DNA of 63,449 nt, the filler included, from Rhabdomonas costata (Eukaryota), in the NCBI GenBank assembly GCA_019059605.1. It is 32 parts of 32 records of this genome, joined end to end, with 100 filler letters (N's around TTAATTAATTAA, not from the genome) between each part and the next. Parts side by side here need not be neighbours in the genome. Positions count along the whole stretch, not along the records: positions 61,565 to 63,449 come from JAHMHO010007774.1; 31 more parts are not named here. One strand, 5' to 3'. Of the stretch, positions 61,465 through 63,449 are shown one piece after another. Position 1 is the first letter of the stretch, and every line of letters begins with the position of its first letter. The notes beneath the pieces were generated by a model, which made no database searches, had not been told where the DNA came from, and worked only from the letters and a program-made list of their open reading frames with translations. A program made the position numbers and the translations under genes.

Positions 61465-63449
61465 NNNNNNNNNNNNNNNNNNNNNNNNNNNNNNNNNNNN
61501 NNNNNNNNTTAATTAATTAANNNNNNNNNNNNNNNNNNNNNNNNNNNNNNNNNNNNNNNNNNNNAAGCAGTGGATGATGGGCTACGTGTGTGACCGTCCG
61601 AGAGGAGACCCTGTTCATGGTGTTGCACAGCAGCGTTAAAAGTGCCCAAAAAAAAAAGCCAACGCGCTGCAAGAATGGTACTTTACCTCCATTTCTTTTT
61701 AAACAGCGGAATCAACTTTACAACTGTATCATTTGTTGTCTTTTCCTTCACCATTCCTTCACCATCCGGTATTCTGGTCCGCAGTTCCGTGTTTGGTTAA
61801 TTTCCACGCCAGCACATGCTTCGCCGGCTGTGGAACTTTCTGTGCTGCGGGGACGACTCCGCTCCTTTGCCCTCGGCCACTCCTCCTCCAAGGGTGTGTG
61901 GCAGCTGCGTTTTCGCACGAGCAGAGACGAATATAGCCAGGGTGGTCATGAATTATTATTGAAATCATGTAATCGTCCTCAAAAACATGGAGTTTCTGAT
62001 TAAATGATTCACTGATCAATGATTTTAACTCTCTGTACTATGGTCTTCTGCGAGTACCCTGCTCACTGGCCTTTTTGTCTTCTTTGATGACCGTTTATCC
62101 CCCTCAGATCTCGCGTTCCTTCGCGCAAATTGTTAGTTTGGTGCTGCATCCCAGACGCTTCACCAACGCTTGTGCCTGCGCCGCAGTGCCGTGAGTCTCA
62201 GAATCTTTGTCAACGCCTTTTTCAATCTTTGAGGCACAGATGTGGCAGGCAGAGGCCCAAGCAAAAGTGTTTGGGAGAGTTAGTAATTCTGTCACACCGG
62301 CCCATTCGCATTTCCACGTTCTCTTGCACAGGAGGCGGTGGACCCGGAGCTTCTCCGCGCGTATGCGATCTTCGAGAGCGCCTTTTTGACCCCAGCGGGC
62401 AAGGCGCGTGCCAAAAGCTGTGTGCGTGTGTTTTGGGTTCGCGTTCGTATTTTTCAGTGTGGCCTCTTTGTTCTTGGACAGCGAGGTTCAACATCATCCT
62501 TAAATGGGCTCGAAGTGACCGTTAGATGTGCTCTGTGCCAACTGCAAACCGAGTCTTTCCTGCCCACTCCAGTATGGGTCAAACCCCCAAGTCCAGCTCA
62601 AGTCACGTGCCAGGTTCCCCTGCTATGGCTCCAGCTCCGGCTCCCGCGCGCGCGGAGAACGGGTGAAGATTTGAACTGAAGAAAGTGGTGTTCCTCGTCC
62701 CCCAAAGCCCCCTATTCCCCGATTTCCACAACCGCCGAAGTTGGATGGATGGGTACTACCCCCTTCACCCACACACACACACACAACACAAAAAGAAGCA
62801 ATTGTAAACACCCGTATCTTTACTTACAGCAGACAAATCGGGGCTGTGTGGGGACTAAGTTTCATGATATGTTTTCAGGGAAAGATTTGTCTGGTTTATA
62901 TTATTATTATTGGAAGATTTCAGGACATGCAACTCAAAGTGAACTCGTGTTCAGATGGGTTCATAATTTTTTCATTGCTTTTCGCCTTCTCACGTGTGGG
63001 CCGAAGCAGCACCGGCTTCTCCCTGAATAGAGCAAGAGGATCTAGTGGCTTTGCAATCCAGGGTTCTTTTCACCGCTCGCCAGTGCGTTGAAGGGTCTGG
63101 ACCTGCACGGCTTCCTTGGAATGAAAGCTTCAATGAAAGGTTCGCCGTGGGGCGGGGTGGCATGTGTCTGGTTGTTTCTCCCAAACAGCCGACGTTGGAC
63201 CTGATCCGAAGAGGGGAGCTCTGCCTGGACCTCAAGCACCTCCGGGTGGGACACCTCACTCCACTTTCCTTTTCGTTTCCACCGAGAGGTTTTTTCTAAC
63301 TTTTTTGGATTCTTTTTTCGGTAATAATCTCGGCTCTGCAGCAGAGGCAGGAGTTTTCGCAGCGGCTGCAGTTTAGCAAGATCGGTGGGGAGATGCAGAA
63401 GACAAATACTGAGTGAAACTGGAAAAGCGGAGGTTGCGACAACAACAAC

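Noticed and set aside
1-63449. Operon or gene-neighbourhood links between contigs; rRNA, spliced-leader RNA, telomeric repeats
   Set aside because: Contig adjacency is artificial, and I saw no recognisable rRNA, spliced-leader or TTAGGG array.

Overview
The window is not contiguous DNA. It holds 32 unrelated contigs of about 1.88 kb, joined by a 100-nt artificial spacer (N44-TTAATTAATTAA-N44). Many contigs start with G/T-only bases, end with A/C-only bases, or carry terminal fold-back hairpins, which points to a whole-genome-amplified single-cell assembly. Most contigs are intron-rich nuclear DNA (GT-AG introns) of a protist that I infer to be a euglenozoan (diplonemid- or euglenid-like). Recognisable gene fragments are COX15, a kinetoplastid-type PFK, a DJ-1/PfpI protein, an AIR9-like protein, a GT92-like glycosyltransferase, U1A/U2B'', an APC permease, RING and ankyrin proteins, an eIF2alpha-like S1 domain and surface proteins. 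Three things stand out. (1) A strongly strand-skewed contig (39722-41607) carries mitochondrial cytochrome b in pieces, with in-frame TAG codons at Tyr positions including PEW[TAG]FLPFY; this suggests a fragmented or modular mitochondrial genome with UAG read as Tyr. (2) Two very AT-rich Mimiviridae/Klosneuvirinae-like contigs (17880-19762 and 35752-37635) carry paralogous AEP/D5-type primases; one looks intact and the other is full of frameshifts, consistent with a decaying endogenous giant virus. (3) Directly upstream of the intact primase lies an array of about 160-bp repeats whose palindromes show compensatory changes and inverted loops. All assignments are by eye; no searches were run.
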